Origin: a virus
Lineage: Duplodnaviria; Caudoviricetes
Strand: one strand, 5' to 3'
IMG/VR virus record: IMGVR_UViG_3300047373_000289
Location: 1-56,363 of that record
Length of the DNA: 56,363 nucleotides
Notes under the pieces: generated by a model
What the model saw: only the letters and a program-made list of their open reading frames with translations
Databases searched by the model: none
What the model was told of the DNA's origin: nothing
Program-made: the position numbers and the translations under genes
In this document: piece after piece, positions 7,537 through 17,093 of the stretch
How the letters are laid out: every line of letters starts with the position of its first letter
Position numbering within the stretch: position 1 is the first letter of the stretch

Positions 7537-10500
7537 ATGGCTATAACGGTTACAACAAACGGATCTACTTCAGTAACAGTAACGGCTCCAGCCTCAAGCT
7601 CGATAGTAGTAACAGAGAAAGGCATTAAAGGGGACAAGGGCGATACAGGGGACCAGGGCATTCAAGGGGAACAAGGCATCCAAGGCGTCCAGGGGATCCA
7701 GGGAGCTTCATCTTCTCCTTTTTGGTTTTTTGACAATCAGGTTATCAACCCTTATATGGCAAGAGCCTACACAAGGATTGGTTTCGACAAATTTAACATT
7801 GCTGACGCCAATAAGTTTTTTATAAATCACTACTCTTTAGCTGAAGATAATTTTGCTTCTTGGATTGCTAGTTGGGACGACAACATAAACTCAACCAATG
7901 AGATAGGGACGCTTTCTTTGTCTAATGGTACAGACACAATTGTTTATAAGCTTTCTAATCTTGAGTCTCAACGCGGATCAGGTCTTACCCTAACCTCTGT
8001 ATTTGACGCTACCTTTCAGGGCGGTTCTTCAAACTCGTGGACCCACGGAGACAGTATATACATCTCTTTTTCCAAGATAGGTGAGGGGGGTGTTGTAGGT
8101 CCAGGCGTTCCATCAGGGGGCGTCGAAGGGCAGGTTATTGTTAAGCAGAGTGCATCTGATTTCGATACAGCATGGGATTATGTAGAGTCTGTTTATTTAC
8201 AAATTCAAAACAACGAAGGCAGTACTTTGTCAGCTGGGTCTCCTTTATATGTTAAAGGTATTTCTGGGTCAAGCATTCTTGTAGGTGCAGCTGCGTCTAA
8301 CGACGCTTCAAAAATGCCTGTCATCGGTATTCTTTTGGAAGAGACGCTTGATGGTGCAAATGGAGAAGCTATTGTAGCTGGGCTGTTCAACAAGACAATT
8401 TCTGGGCTTACGGGTGTTTCTGTCGGGGATGTAATTTACGTTTCTTCTTCTGGTGTGTTGACTACCACAAAGCCAGCAGCAGCTACCGACCTAATTCAGA
8501 ACGTAGGTATTGTGCTACAGACTAACGGTAGCAATATTCAAAAAATGAAGGTGTCTGCCATTGGTAGAACCAACGATATACCAAACTTAGAGAGTGGCAA
8601 ATTCTTTATTGGAGGTGGGGCCGCTGGTCAAACATCTAATTATACGCTACCTATATCTGATGGAGTCGCAAATCAACTGCTTCAAACCAACGGAAGCGGT
8701 GCGGTAACCTTTTCCACCCCCACAACAGACCATGTGTCTGAAGGATCTAATCTTTACTACACAGAAGCTAGGGTTTCTGCCAACTCCTCTGTAACTACCC
8801 TTGAGTCTGGCTTAGCGTCTGAAATCACGCAACGCGCTTTGGGTGACGCTTTGAACCAGAATGCGATCAATACGCTTAACGGCCAGTTTTCTGTCTTGTC
8901 TTCAGACGTAGCCGCAAACACATTAAAGACATCCTTTCCAGGGTTCGGAACTTCAGCTGGAACAGCACTAGAAGGGGACACAGCGCTTTTTGATGGAAGC
9001 TACACATCGTTGTCTAACGTTCCGTCCACATTTACTCCGTCGTCACACGTACACACGGCTAGTGAAATAACGGACTTCGACACAGAAGTAAGCAACAATA
9101 CGGATGTAGCTGCAAACACAATTAAGGTTGGTTACACAGACGCGGCAGTAGATGCAAGAATATCAGCCGCTAACATAGCTGATCTTAACGATGTTCCAGC
9201 TATAGGGACAGCGGGACAGGTGTTAGTTGTAAACTCAGGAGCCACAGGGTTAGAATACGCTAATCAGACTGGGGGAGGCGCTTCTGCAATAGACGATTTA
9301 ACTGATGTAGACACTAGCACGACAGCCCCTACAAATGGTCAGGCTCTTGTGTGGAATTCTACAAACAATGAGTGGGAGCCTGGAACTGTATCAGGTGGAG
9401 GAAGCTCTCAATGGACAACTACAGGAAGCGACATCTACTACAACACAGGTAACGTAGGTATTGGAACTACGACACCTGCTGAGGCGTTGGATGTTGTTGG
9501 AAAAGTCAACATTACAGACGCTAGTAATAACGTATTAATATCTACAGGGAATAGCACTATTACTGCAAGCAACACAGTAGCAGTAGGCTACCAAGCATTA
9601 ACAGCGCTGACTACAGGTGCTGGTAATACGGCTGTTGGGTATCAGGCAAACGTAACTCAAACTCAGGGATCTAACAATACAGCCCTAGGCTACCAAGCTA
9701 ATGCTGGGGGCGTTTCTACAAGCAATTCCGTTGCGATTGGTCACAACGCTATTGCATCAAATAATAGATCTATAGCTATAGGTAAAGATGCATACGCCCC
9801 TACGTATGACGTTATAGCTATAGGAAATGAAGCAGGACCTCACGGTGGAGGCAATCCAGCACAATCTGTATGGATAGGCAAACTTGCTGGATATAGCAAT
9901 GGAGGGAACGGCAACGGAAATAATGTAGGTGTAGGCCATCAGGCAGGAAGGCTTAGTAACTCTATGTATAATGTTTACCTAGGGACAAATGTTGGCTATC
10001 ATGGCGGTCAAGGATTCAACACCTGGGTTGGCGCTAGTTCTGGCTCTACAAGCGGCAACGCATCTGTAGTTACCCAAAGCGTCGCTGTTGGATACCAAGC
10101 CTCGTCTGGCAACGCTGTAGGAGGAGTCGCTGTTGGATACCAAGCTGGAAATGGATCAGCTACAGCTGACTACACAGTAGCTGTCGGTTACGAAGCATTA
10201 ACAGCGCTGACTACTGGAGCGGGTAATACGGCAGTTGGGCATCAGGCCTCTGATGCAATGACTGTATCCGCTTATACTACAGCTTTAGGCTACGAGGCAT
10301 TAAGCTCTGTTAACGCCGTTGATACAAATGCTGATGGTTCCACAGCCGTCGGCTATCAAGCTTTAACTGCATTAACTACTGGAGCAGGCAATACGGCAGT
10401 TGGTTATCAATCTGGGGCTGCTTTGACTACCGCATCTAACAATACGTTATTTGGTTACTTAGCGGGAAACTCTGTAACCCAGAGTGATAACACATTAATC

Positions 10501-12114
10501 GGTTATCAAGCTGGCAAAGCCCTTGGGTCTACAAGCAGCTCGAATAACGGTAACACCCTTATAGGGGCTAATGCTGGATATTTGTCCCCCTTTCAGACAA
10601 ACAACACATACATAGGCAAAAATGCTGCTAAAGGTAACGCTGGTAATAATAGTTATTCAGCGGTTGTTATTGGAGCTGGTTCGGCTCCCTATACCACATC
10701 AGGGCAGACGCATACGCAGTCCGTTATGGTCGGTGCCGACATTGGCATGTCGTCAGGGAGTCAAGGACAAGTAACACTATTAGGTTGGGGAGCAAACAGG
10801 TTTGGAGGAAGCGGAACTGTAGGTATTGGTCATTCAGCTGCTTATAATGCAGGGGGCAGTAACAACGTAGCCATAGGGCATGGGACTACCCTTGGTGCTT
10901 ACAACACTCCGTCCTCTACAAAAACCTTGAATGTTGTTATAGGTAAAAGTTCGGGTGCCGCCCTTTCGTCGGGGGGCAATAACGTTTTCATTGGGAGTTA
11001 TGCTGGAAGCTCTATTACCTCTGGTTCGTATAACGTTTTCATTGGTGACAATGCTGGAAACTCAGCAACTCCAGTCTCCAACAAACTATACATAGAAAAC
11101 AGCAACTCCACCACCCCGCTTATCTACGGGGAGTTCGATAATGATATCGTTAGAGTAAATGGTACGCTACAGGTAGGCGATCCAGCAGGTACAGGATACG
11201 CCTTACCAGCGGCTACAGGAACTACAGGTCAGATACTTTCGGTAAACGCTAGTGGAGACCTTGCTTTTGCAGCAGCAGGAGGCGGAAGCGGCACAGTTAC
11301 AAGCATTACAGCAGGCACAGGCTTAGACGGAGGAACCATTACGTCTTCTGGAACGATTGATTTAGCTAATACAGCGGTAACAGCGGGAGCCTATACAAGC
11401 GCAAATATCACAGTAGACGCTCAGGGTAGAATTACTGCGGCGGCTAACGGAAGTGGAGGTGGAGGAGGAGGATTAGGCGGTGCAGATCAGACCCTCACGG
11501 CTGACAGAACCATCGACACCAACGGCTTTAATCTCGATATCGAGCTTGACCCAACAGGCACAGCAGATACCTTTACAATCCACGACGGTACTCACGACCT
11601 ATTTCAGGTAGATACCAGCACAAGCGGCACACTGTTTAGTGTAAACGATGTTTCTGGATTGCCTAAGCTCGAAGTAGATGAGACTGAGGGTGTTATTGCT
11701 AAAAGCATTAAAGTAGATGACTCAGCATTAACAGCTGCTGGTCAGTACGGTAAGGGTGCAGAGATTTGGTATCAAGGTACCTCTACCCCAACTGCTGGTA
11801 GTGTTTATTACTTAGATAGCTCAGGGAATTGGGCTAATACAGACGCAAGCGCTGTAGCTACAGCTAAAGGTATGCTGTCGGTTTCGGCAGGAGTAGATTC
11901 AGACGTTGACGGGATGGTAATTAAAGGATTTGTGTACGTAGGTACCGATCCTGGAGGTAGTGTAGGGGATGTTGTTTATCTTAGCGAGACAGCAAACCAA
12001 CTAACTACCACTCCCCCAACAACAGCTTCTGCTGTGGTAAGAGTATGTGGTTATAAAGTAGGGACTAACATAGTCTACTTCGACCCATCTAAAGATTGGA
12101 TAGAGCTCAGCTAA
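7537..12114 (+). CDS. long mosaic tail fibre / adhesin
   Basis: 1525 aa with collagen G-X-Y repeats, GNVGIGTTTP, YadA/Hep_Hag-like NTAVGYQA repeats and Gly linkers. Confidence 0.85.
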   Translation: MAITVTTNGSTSVTVTAPASSSIVVTEKGIKGDKGDTGDQGIQGEQGIQGVQGIQGASSSPFWFFDNQVINPYMARAYTRIGFDKFNIADANKFFINHYSLAEDNFASWIASWDDNINSTNEIGTLSLSNGTDTIVYKLSNLESQRGSGLTLTSVFDATFQGGSSNSWTHGDSIYISFSKIGEGGVVGPGVPSGGVEGQVIVKQSASDFDTAWDYVESVYLQIQNNEGSTLSAGSPLYVKGISGSSILVGAAASNDASKMPVIGILLEETLDGANGEAIVAGLFNKTISGLTGVSVGDVIYVSSSGVLTTTKPAAATDLIQNVGIVLQTNGSNIQKMKVSAIGRTNDIPNLESGKFFIGGGAAGQTSNYTLPISDGVANQLLQTNGSGAVTFSTPTTDHVSEGSNLYYTEARVSANSSVTTLESGLASEITQRALGDALNQNAINTLNGQFSVLSSDVAANTLKTSFPGFGTSAGTALEGDTALFDGSYTSLSNVPSTFTPSSHVHTASEITDFDTEVSNNTDVAANTIKVGYTDAAVDARISAANIADLNDVPAIGTAGQVLVVNSGATGLEYANQTGGGASAIDDLTDVDTSTTAPTNGQALVWNSTNNEWEPGTVSGGGSSQWTTTGSDIYYNTGNVGIGTTTPAEALDVVGKVNITDASNNVLISTGNSTITASNTVAVGYQALTALTTGAGNTAVGYQANVTQTQGSNNTALGYQANAGGVSTSNSVAIGHNAIASNNRSIAIGKDAYAPTYDVIAIGNEAGPHGGGNPAQSVWIGKLAGYSNGGNGNGNNVGVGHQAGRLSNSMYNVYLGTNVGYHGGQGFNTWVGASSGSTSGNASVVTQSVAVGYQASSGNAVGGVAVGYQAGNGSATADYTVAVGYEALTALTTGAGNTAVGHQASDAMTVSAYTTALGYEALSSVNAVDTNADGSTAVGYQALTALTTGAGNTAVGYQSGAALTTASNNTLFGYLAGNSVTQSDNTLIGYQAGKALGSTSSSNNGNTLIGANAGYLSPFQTNNTYIGKNAAKGNAGNNSYSAVVIGAGSAPYTTSGQTHTQSVMVGADIGMSSGSQGQVTLLGWGANRFGGSGTVGIGHSAAYNAGGSNNVAIGHGTTLGAYNTPSSTKTLNVVIGKSSGAALSSGGNNVFIGSYAGSSITSGSYNVFIGDNAGNSATPVSNKLYIENSNSTTPLIYGEFDNDIVRVNGTLQVGDPAGTGYALPAATGTTGQILSVNASGDLAFAAAGGGSGTVTSITAGTGLDGGTITSSGTIDLANTAVTAGAYTSANITVDAQGRITAAANGSGGGGGGLGGADQTLTADRTIDTNGFNLDIELDPTGTADTFTIHDGTHDLFQVDTSTSGTLFSVNDVSGLPKLEVDETEGVIAKSIKVDDSALTAAGQYGKGAEIWYQGTSTPTAGSVYYLDSSGNWANTDASAVATAKGMLSVSAGVDSDVDGMVIKGFVYVGTDPGGSVGDVVYLSETANQLTTTPPTTASAVVRVCGYKVGTNIVYFDPSKDWIELS
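7621..7704 (+). repeat. collagen-like G-X-Y repeat
   Basis: GIKGDKGDTGDQGIQGEQGIQGVQGIQG. Confidence 0.85.
9570..11060 (+). repeat. YadA-head-like ~14-aa repeat array
   Basis: AVGY(Q/E)ALTALTTGAGNTAVG occurs three times (~9580, ~10180, ~10345). An exact 20-bp repeat gtcgctgttggataccaagc lies at 10081 and 10126. Confidence 0.85.
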
Positions 12115-12115
12115 T

Positions 12116-12949
12116 ATGGCTATAGACAAGATATCAGGTACAGCATGGACATCCATATCCAAACTGGGTAGTGTCAGTACAGGAGCAATAGCTAATGTAT
12201 TAGGGCAAACACCTCCAGGCCCTGCTGTGTCTTACCCAACCATAGATTCACATGTAAACACTACATTGGGAAGTGTATCTAGTTGGACTATAAACCATCA
12301 AAACCCTACAGCTGGGCAGCTCATACTCCTTATATGTCTTGGGGATGAAGGTTCATACAACCACACCCTCAACAGCAACTTGACTAATATGACAGCCTCT
12401 GGCTTTACAAGCGAGATAGACAGAGGTTCTTATAATAACTGGCCTGGAATAAGCGTAGAATCTACAATCAATGTACTATGGAAAGTAGCTACAGGAAGTG
12501 AAGGAACTAGCTCTATATCCATGAGTCAAGACTTAGCAAGTTATGTTACTGTATGGTATATACTAATAGATGGAGCTAACACAACAACCCCGATAAATGT
12601 AATTAGCACTGCTAACGCATCTGATTCAGCATCTGTTTATTCTAATCCCCCATCTCTAGCTCATAACGGAATAACAACAACTACAAATGACTCCTTAGTA
12701 TTTGCTGTATTTGCTTCAGAAGGTGCAGGATTTGAACCATTTACTGTCAGTGGGACTGGATGGCCTACATCTTTTACAGGAGAGGCTGACTCCCCAAGCA
12801 GTGGAACAGATTACAATGTAGGTGTCTCTGGGGGTTGGACAACAAAAGTAATTTCTACAGCAGGAGCATCTGGTTCTATAACAGCAACAGGACAGACATT
12901 AGCCGCAGGTGGATACATGCAAGCAGTTTCATTCGCAATACAACCATAA
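12116..12949 (+). CDS. putative receptor-binding virion protein
   Basis: 277 aa, S/T/G-rich and beta-rich, in the fibre cluster. Confidence 0.65.
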   Translation: MAIDKISGTAWTSISKLGSVSTGAIANVLGQTPPGPAVSYPTIDSHVNTTLGSVSSWTINHQNPTAGQLILLICLGDEGSYNHTLNSNLTNMTASGFTSEIDRGSYNNWPGISVESTINVLWKVATGSEGTSSISMSQDLASYVTVWYILIDGANTTTPINVISTANASDSASVYSNPPSLAHNGITTTTNDSLVFAVFASEGAGFEPFTVSGTGWPTSFTGEADSPSSGTDYNVGVSGGWTTKVISTAGASGSITATGQTLAAGGYMQAVSFAIQP

Positions 12950-12951
12950 TA

Positions 12952-13206
12952 ATGCACTTCGAAAACAGACATTACGTAGTCTTTGACCTCTCAGAGGTAG
13001 ACACGATCGACTTCTCAGAAGTCATGGAGACATCAGCAGACACGCTGAGAAATAACTTGGCTAACACGCAGAGCTTCGTGAAGTACGAAGGGGACCAACC
13101 ACCTTCGGTAGTTGCTCTCACTACAAAGTCACAGGAGTACACTCACGAAGATATCCTTGCGTTGCTCGCTGGAACTGACTGGACTGACCCTAACGCAGAG
13201 ATCTAA
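12952..13206 (+). CDS. fibre-associated hypothetical protein (84 aa)
   Basis: ATG at 12952 follows the upstream stop; IDFSEVMETSADTLR...FVKYEG...EYTHEDIL motif. Confidence 0.75.
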   Translation: MHFENRHYVVFDLSEVDTIDFSEVMETSADTLRNNLANTQSFVKYEGDQPPSVVALTTKSQEYTHEDILALLAGTDWTDPNAEI

Positions 13207-13953
13207 ATGGGTGGGTTCGCAAATAACGCACCTATCGTAACCGATGGGCTAGTATTCTATGTAGACGCAGGGAACAGTAAGTCGTATCCTGGTAGTGGGA
13301 CTACGTGGAGTGATTTAGTAGGAGGTAATGACGGCACCTTGACTAATGGGCCCACGTATGACTCTGGTAATGGAGGGAGTGTTACTCTTGACGGAAGCAA
13401 TGATAGGGTAATTTACCCTTTTAATGAGTCTTTAAATCCTCAACCTACAGATGCGTTTTCTGTTTTTGTTTGGTTTAAAGATTTAGATTCAAGTGCTGGA
13501 GCCATATTATCAAACATGAACGTTTCAACTAATTACTCAGGTTGGGATTTATGGAGACAAAGCAGTGGCAAACTCGCGGTTCATATTATTAGTTCCTGGT
13601 CTTCTAATGCATTTAAAATTACAATAAATCAGAATGCATCTTTAGGCACATGGACTTGTTTTGGGTATACTTATGACGGCTCATGTCCTACCACCAACTC
13701 AGACGCTGTAAATTCTATAGATTTCTATAAAAATGGTTTAATCCACACAAGTGGGAAACAACATGTAGGAGGAGGTAATTTCTCCAGCTCATCAGAAACT
13801 ACTAACTATGGAACTCAGGTTTTTGAGATAGGTTCAAGAAACGGCTCACAAATTTGCGGGTCTACAATATCTAATGTAAGCTTTTACAACCGAGCCCTAT
13901 CCGCCTCAGAAGTCCTTCAAAACTACAACGCCCTTAAAAACAGATTCGTATGA
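13207..13953 (+). CDS. LamG/concanavalin A-like protein, paralog 1
   Basis: IVTDGLVFYVDAGNSKSYPGSGTTWSDL...YNRALSASEVLQNYNALKNRF. Confidence 0.9.
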   Translation: MGGFANNAPIVTDGLVFYVDAGNSKSYPGSGTTWSDLVGGNDGTLTNGPTYDSGNGGSVTLDGSNDRVIYPFNESLNPQPTDAFSVFVWFKDLDSSAGAILSNMNVSTNYSGWDLWRQSSGKLAVHIISSWSSNAFKITINQNASLGTWTCFGYTYDGSCPTTNSDAVNSIDFYKNGLIHTSGKQHVGGGNFSSSSETTNYGTQVFEIGSRNGSQICGSTISNVSFYNRALSASEVLQNYNALKNRFV

Positions 13954-14642
13954 GTTACAAATATGGACCAAGCATAGTGACGGATGGGTTGGTGTTCTAC
14001 GTGGATGCAGCTAACGATAATAGCTATCCAGGGACGGGTACTACGTGGTCAGATTTGATTGGGGGGAATGATGGTACGTTGACTAACGGTCCTACATTTG
14101 ATTCTGCGAACGGTGGTAGTATTGTGTTAGATGGAGCCAATGACTACGTTGAGGCAGGGCCAATTCAGCCCGCGCAGTTTACTTTGAGTTGCTGGTTTAA
14201 AGCAACTGGTGCTCCATCTAACAATGATAGCAATGGGGGCTGTCTTATGGCTTCTGACCCTCAGCTTACTGGGACATTACCGTGGTTTATGAGCCACTCT
14301 TACCTAAACCAAACTTTCACGCTTTATGTTGAGACCCACACCGATCCGTTACGAACCGCTTCCAACTCGGTCGCAAATAATCAAGTTCATTTAGCTACAG
14401 CCACATACGACGGAACAACAGGGTCTATTTATTTAAACGGTCAGTTTTTGGATTCAAAGTCATTTAATACCCCCACATATAACACTAGCGGAAACAATAA
14501 TGTTCAGATAGGTAGGTGGGGATACAGCAGCTATCAAAGGCATCTTAATGGAAATATCTATAATGCCTCCATCTACAACCGCGCCCTTTCTGCCTCCGAA
14601 GTCCTCCAAAACTACAATGCACTCAAAAACCGTTTCGTATGA
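13950..14642 (+). CDS. LamG/concanavalin A-like protein, paralog 2
   Basis: Same conserved ends as paralog 1; ATGA overlap. Confidence 0.9.
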   Translation: MSYKYGPSIVTDGLVFYVDAANDNSYPGTGTTWSDLIGGNDGTLTNGPTFDSANGGSIVLDGANDYVEAGPIQPAQFTLSCWFKATGAPSNNDSNGGCLMASDPQLTGTLPWFMSHSYLNQTFTLYVETHTDPLRTASNSVANNQVHLATATYDGTTGSIYLNGQFLDSKSFNTPTYNTSGNNNVQIGRWGYSSYQRHLNGNIYNASIYNRALSASEVLQNYNALKNRFV

Positions 14643-15343
14643 GCGTAAAGAATAGAAATAGTGTCGTTACAGACGGGTTAGTGTTTTATGTAGATGCTGG
14701 GAATGGGGATAGCTATCCTGGATCTGGGACTACTTGGTCAGACTTAGTGGGTAGTAATAACGGTACCTTTTCTGCCACCCCAACAACAGACTCAGGGAAT
14801 GGAGGTAGTATTGTGTTTGATGGGGTTGATGATTATGCCATATCTTCTGATTCTATTTCTTTTACAGATGGGGGTCAACGAAGTTTTGAAGTTTGGATAA
14901 AGCCTTCTTCTCCATATGGTAATACCTGGCAATCTGTCATCTGGACAGGCCAAGTGGCAAACAAAAAAATATTTGAAATCTTATTAGGTCAAAACCATCC
15001 TACAGAAGCAAACTTTAGAGCAGTTGGCCATTATTACGGAGGTGGAAACTCAATGATTGATGTCAACAACACCTATAATGTCGTGCCAAATCAGTGGAAT
15101 CATATTGCATTAACTCAAAGCGACACTACCCATAAGATATACGTTAACGGCTCTCTTACAGCAACCAAAACTGGTACAGATATTACTGATAGTTCTTCTG
15201 GGCAAATACGAATAGCTATAGAAGGGTACAGTGCATTTGATTATTGTAATGCCAGTTATGGGGTTTGCAAATACTACACAAAAGAGCTTTCGGCCACAGA
15301 AATCACCCAAAACTACAACGCGTTAAAGAATAGATTTATTTAA
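14639..15343 (+). CDS. LamG/concanavalin A-like protein, paralog 3
   Basis: Same conserved ends; WNHIALT...KIYVNG LamG core. Confidence 0.9.
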   Translation: MSVKNRNSVVTDGLVFYVDAGNGDSYPGSGTTWSDLVGSNNGTFSATPTTDSGNGGSIVFDGVDDYAISSDSISFTDGGQRSFEVWIKPSSPYGNTWQSVIWTGQVANKKIFEILLGQNHPTEANFRAVGHYYGGGNSMIDVNNTYNVVPNQWNHIALTQSDTTHKIYVNGSLTATKTGTDITDSSSGQIRIAIEGYSAFDYCNASYGVCKYYTKELSATEITQNYNALKNRFI

Positions 15344-15344
15344 T

Positions 15345-15352
15345 TATATTTG
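15345..15352 (+). promoter_or_regulatory. -7 promoter element TATATTTG(CA)
   Basis: Intergenic match upstream of 15371. Confidence 0.7.
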
Positions 15353-15370
15353 CACTTATAAAACATCACT

Positions 15371-15643
15371 ATGGCATTTTCATTTCAATCAAAGTCCTGG
15401 TCTATCGAAGGCGAAAAAGAATTCGAGAATCACTTCACGATTCTAAATCCAACCCTATCTGTTATGCAGGTGAGCGTTCATGAAGAGAACGTATACATCA
15501 GCATGAAAGCAGTAGAAAATGGAGGCGTATTCGTACACAACCTAAACGTTCAGTACAATAATGCTGCTGGAGAAACAGATCTCGACGTAATTGTAGATGC
15601 TGCGATTGCACAGGCATTTCCTGAGGCTACTTTAGATAGCTGA
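15371..15643 (+). CDS. hypothetical protein
   Basis: 90-aa ORF flanked by its own promoter and terminator. Confidence 0.75.
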   Translation: MAFSFQSKSWSIEGEKEFENHFTILNPTLSVMQVSVHEENVYISMKAVENGGVFVHNLNVQYNNAAGETDLDVIVDAAIAQAFPEATLDS

Positions 15644-15668
15644 TAATCAAAACATTAGAAAACAATTA

Positions 15669-15696
15669 AGGCCCTAAGTGGGTCTTTTTTGTTTTT
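15669..15696 (+). terminator. intrinsic terminator
   Basis: AGGCCC-taagt-GGGTCT followed by a T-tract. Confidence 0.75.
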
Positions 15697-15698
15697 AT

Positions 15699-15706
15699 TA
15701 TCTTTG
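15699..15706 (+). promoter_or_regulatory. -7 promoter element TATCTTTG
   Basis: 4 nt before the ATG at 15711. Confidence 0.7.
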
Positions 15707-15710
15707 CAAT

Positions 15711-16004
15711 ATGCGCTGTTGCAAGAAATACAGAAAAGGAGGTAATGTAAGCCTCAAAATGGGCAAGCATAAGTCTCGCTCTGGCGGATTGACGGCTGAA
15801 GGCGTAAGAAAATACAACAGAGAAACAGGAAGTAACCTGAAGACTGCTGTAACTACACCGCCGTCTAAACTAAAGAAAGGAAGTAAGGCAGCAAACAGGA
15901 GAAAGTCTTTTTGCGCTAGAATGTCTGGTGTAAAAGGACCAATGAAGAAACCAAACGGTAAACCAACCAGGAAGGCTCTTGCGTTGCGGAAGTGGAATTG
16001 TTGA
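15711..16004 (+). CDS. Lys/Arg-rich protein (DUF6321-like)
   Basis: GGLTAEGVRKYN...RRKSFCARMSG...LRKWNC. The track start at 15678 lies inside the terminator, so 15711 is preferred. Family name recalled, not searched. Confidence 0.75.
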   Translation: MRCCKKYRKGGNVSLKMGKHKSRSGGLTAEGVRKYNRETGSNLKTAVTTPPSKLKKGSKAANRRKSFCARMSGVKGPMKKPNGKPTRKALALRKWNC

Positions 16005-16017
16005 TTAAGATATAGAG

Positions 16018-16227
16018 ATGCCAGATAATATTTCTCATTTTGAATTCCTGCTCGTTGCGGGATCTTTGGTAGGCGGATGGGTGAAGTTTCATTCCGACTA
16101 CAGCAAGCTGTCTACCAGGGTGTCAGCTTTAGAGGCAGATAACGGAGAGTTCAGAGAGGACGTGAAACAGCTTTTAAAAGACATTCAAGAAATCAAGCTT
16201 TTGCTTGCTAAGAATCAAGTTCAATGA
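16018..16227 (+). CDS. small membrane-anchored coiled-coil protein
   Basis: Hydrophobic FLLVAGSLVGGWV followed by a heptad pattern. Confidence 0.7.
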   Translation: MPDNISHFEFLLVAGSLVGGWVKFHSDYSKLSTRVSALEADNGEFREDVKQLLKDIQEIKLLLAKNQVQ

Positions 16228-16412
16228 ACGCTGTCAAATACAATAAAGGCGGGAAATTAAAAGTAAGTTCAGCTACTAAGGCTGTTCCTGCTCCTAGTGG
16301 GTTTCATTGGATGGAAGAAAGAGGTAGATACTTTCTCATGAAGGGAGATTACAAAGCTCATCCTGGGGCGGTAAAGGAAGCAAAGTTTAAATTGGTCGGT
16401 CATGAAAGCTAA
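16224..16412 (+). CDS. small basic protein
   Basis: APSGFHWM...LMKG..KAHPGA; ATGA overlap with the upstream gene. Confidence 0.75.
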   Translation: MNAVKYNKGGKLKVSSATKAVPAPSGFHWMEERGRYFLMKGDYKAHPGAVKEAKFKLVGHES

Positions 16413-16794
16413 AAAGAAGAAATTTCCAGATCTAACTGGAGACGGCAAAGTAACTCAGGCCGATATAGTTAGAGCTAGAATAGCGTCAACTAAAAAACAA
16501 AAAGCTATTGCACAGGCAATGGCAGGTGGAGCGGTTGTAGGGGTTTTAGGCGCTACGTCTAAAGTAAACCCAAAGGACTACCCTACAGCTTCTAAAAAGA
16601 AGTATAACAGCGGAGGGAAGGTGAAGTCTCGCGTGAACGAAGCGGGTAACTATACAAAACCTGGAATGCGTAAGCGTTTGTTTAACTCCATCAAAGCGGG
16701 ATCTAAAGGAGGAAACCCTGGTCAGTGGTCAGCAAGAAAAGCACAGCTTCTCGCTTCTAGATACAAGAAGGCTGGAGGGGGATACAAAAACTGA
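16402..16794 (+). CDS. basic protein: DLTGDG loop plus the N-half of a DUF5872-like domain
   Basis: FPDLTGDGKVTQADI; YTKPGMRKRL...KGGNPGQWSARKAQLLA...GGGYK. Confidence 0.75.
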   Translation: MKAKKKKFPDLTGDGKVTQADIVRARIASTKKQKAIAQAMAGGAVVGVLGATSKVNPKDYPTASKKKYNSGGKVKSRVNEAGNYTKPGMRKRLFNSIKAGSKGGNPGQWSARKAQLLASRYKKAGGGYKN

Positions 16795-17054
16795 TGCGTC
16801 TTAAGAAGTCACAGAAGAGCCTTAAGGACTGGGGTAGTCAGAAATGGATGACTTCAGGTACTCACGCTAACAAAAAAAGCGGCAAAGGCAAGGAGGTTAA
16901 ATCTGAAGGTAAGAGGCGATACCTCCCTAAGGCGGCTTGGGATGCACTATCATCAGGTGAAAAAGCAGCAACAAATAAAGCCAAGGCTAGCAGCAATAAG
17001 CAGTTCGTTTCTCAACCCAAGGCAATCAAGAAAAAGACCTCTAGATTCAGGTAA
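16794..17054 (+). CDS. basic protein, C-half of a DUF5872-like domain
   Basis: SQKSLKDW..QKW...RYLPKAAW..LS..EKAATN...KQFV; TGATG coupling. Confidence 0.75.
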   Translation: MRLKKSQKSLKDWGSQKWMTSGTHANKKSGKGKEVKSEGKRRYLPKAAWDALSSGEKAATNKAKASSNKQFVSQPKAIKKKTSRFR

Positions 17055-17065
17055 TAAATTATTGC

Positions 17066-17073
17066 TATATTTG
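17066..17073 (+). promoter_or_regulatory. -7 promoter element TATATTTG(CA), head operon
   Basis: Intergenic match upstream of 17094. Confidence 0.75.
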
Positions 17074-17093
17074 CATTCATATAACTAACACAA

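Noticed and set aside
12835-12951. Track start for the ORF ending at 13206
   Set aside because: Overlaps the upstream gene by 115 nt; the ATG at 12952 fits better.
1-15343. Diversity-generating retroelement acting on LamG C-termini (AAC-rich ends)
   Set aside because: No reverse transcriptase in the window and no template/variable repeat pair differing only at adenines; paralog ends differ mostly at synonymous sites.
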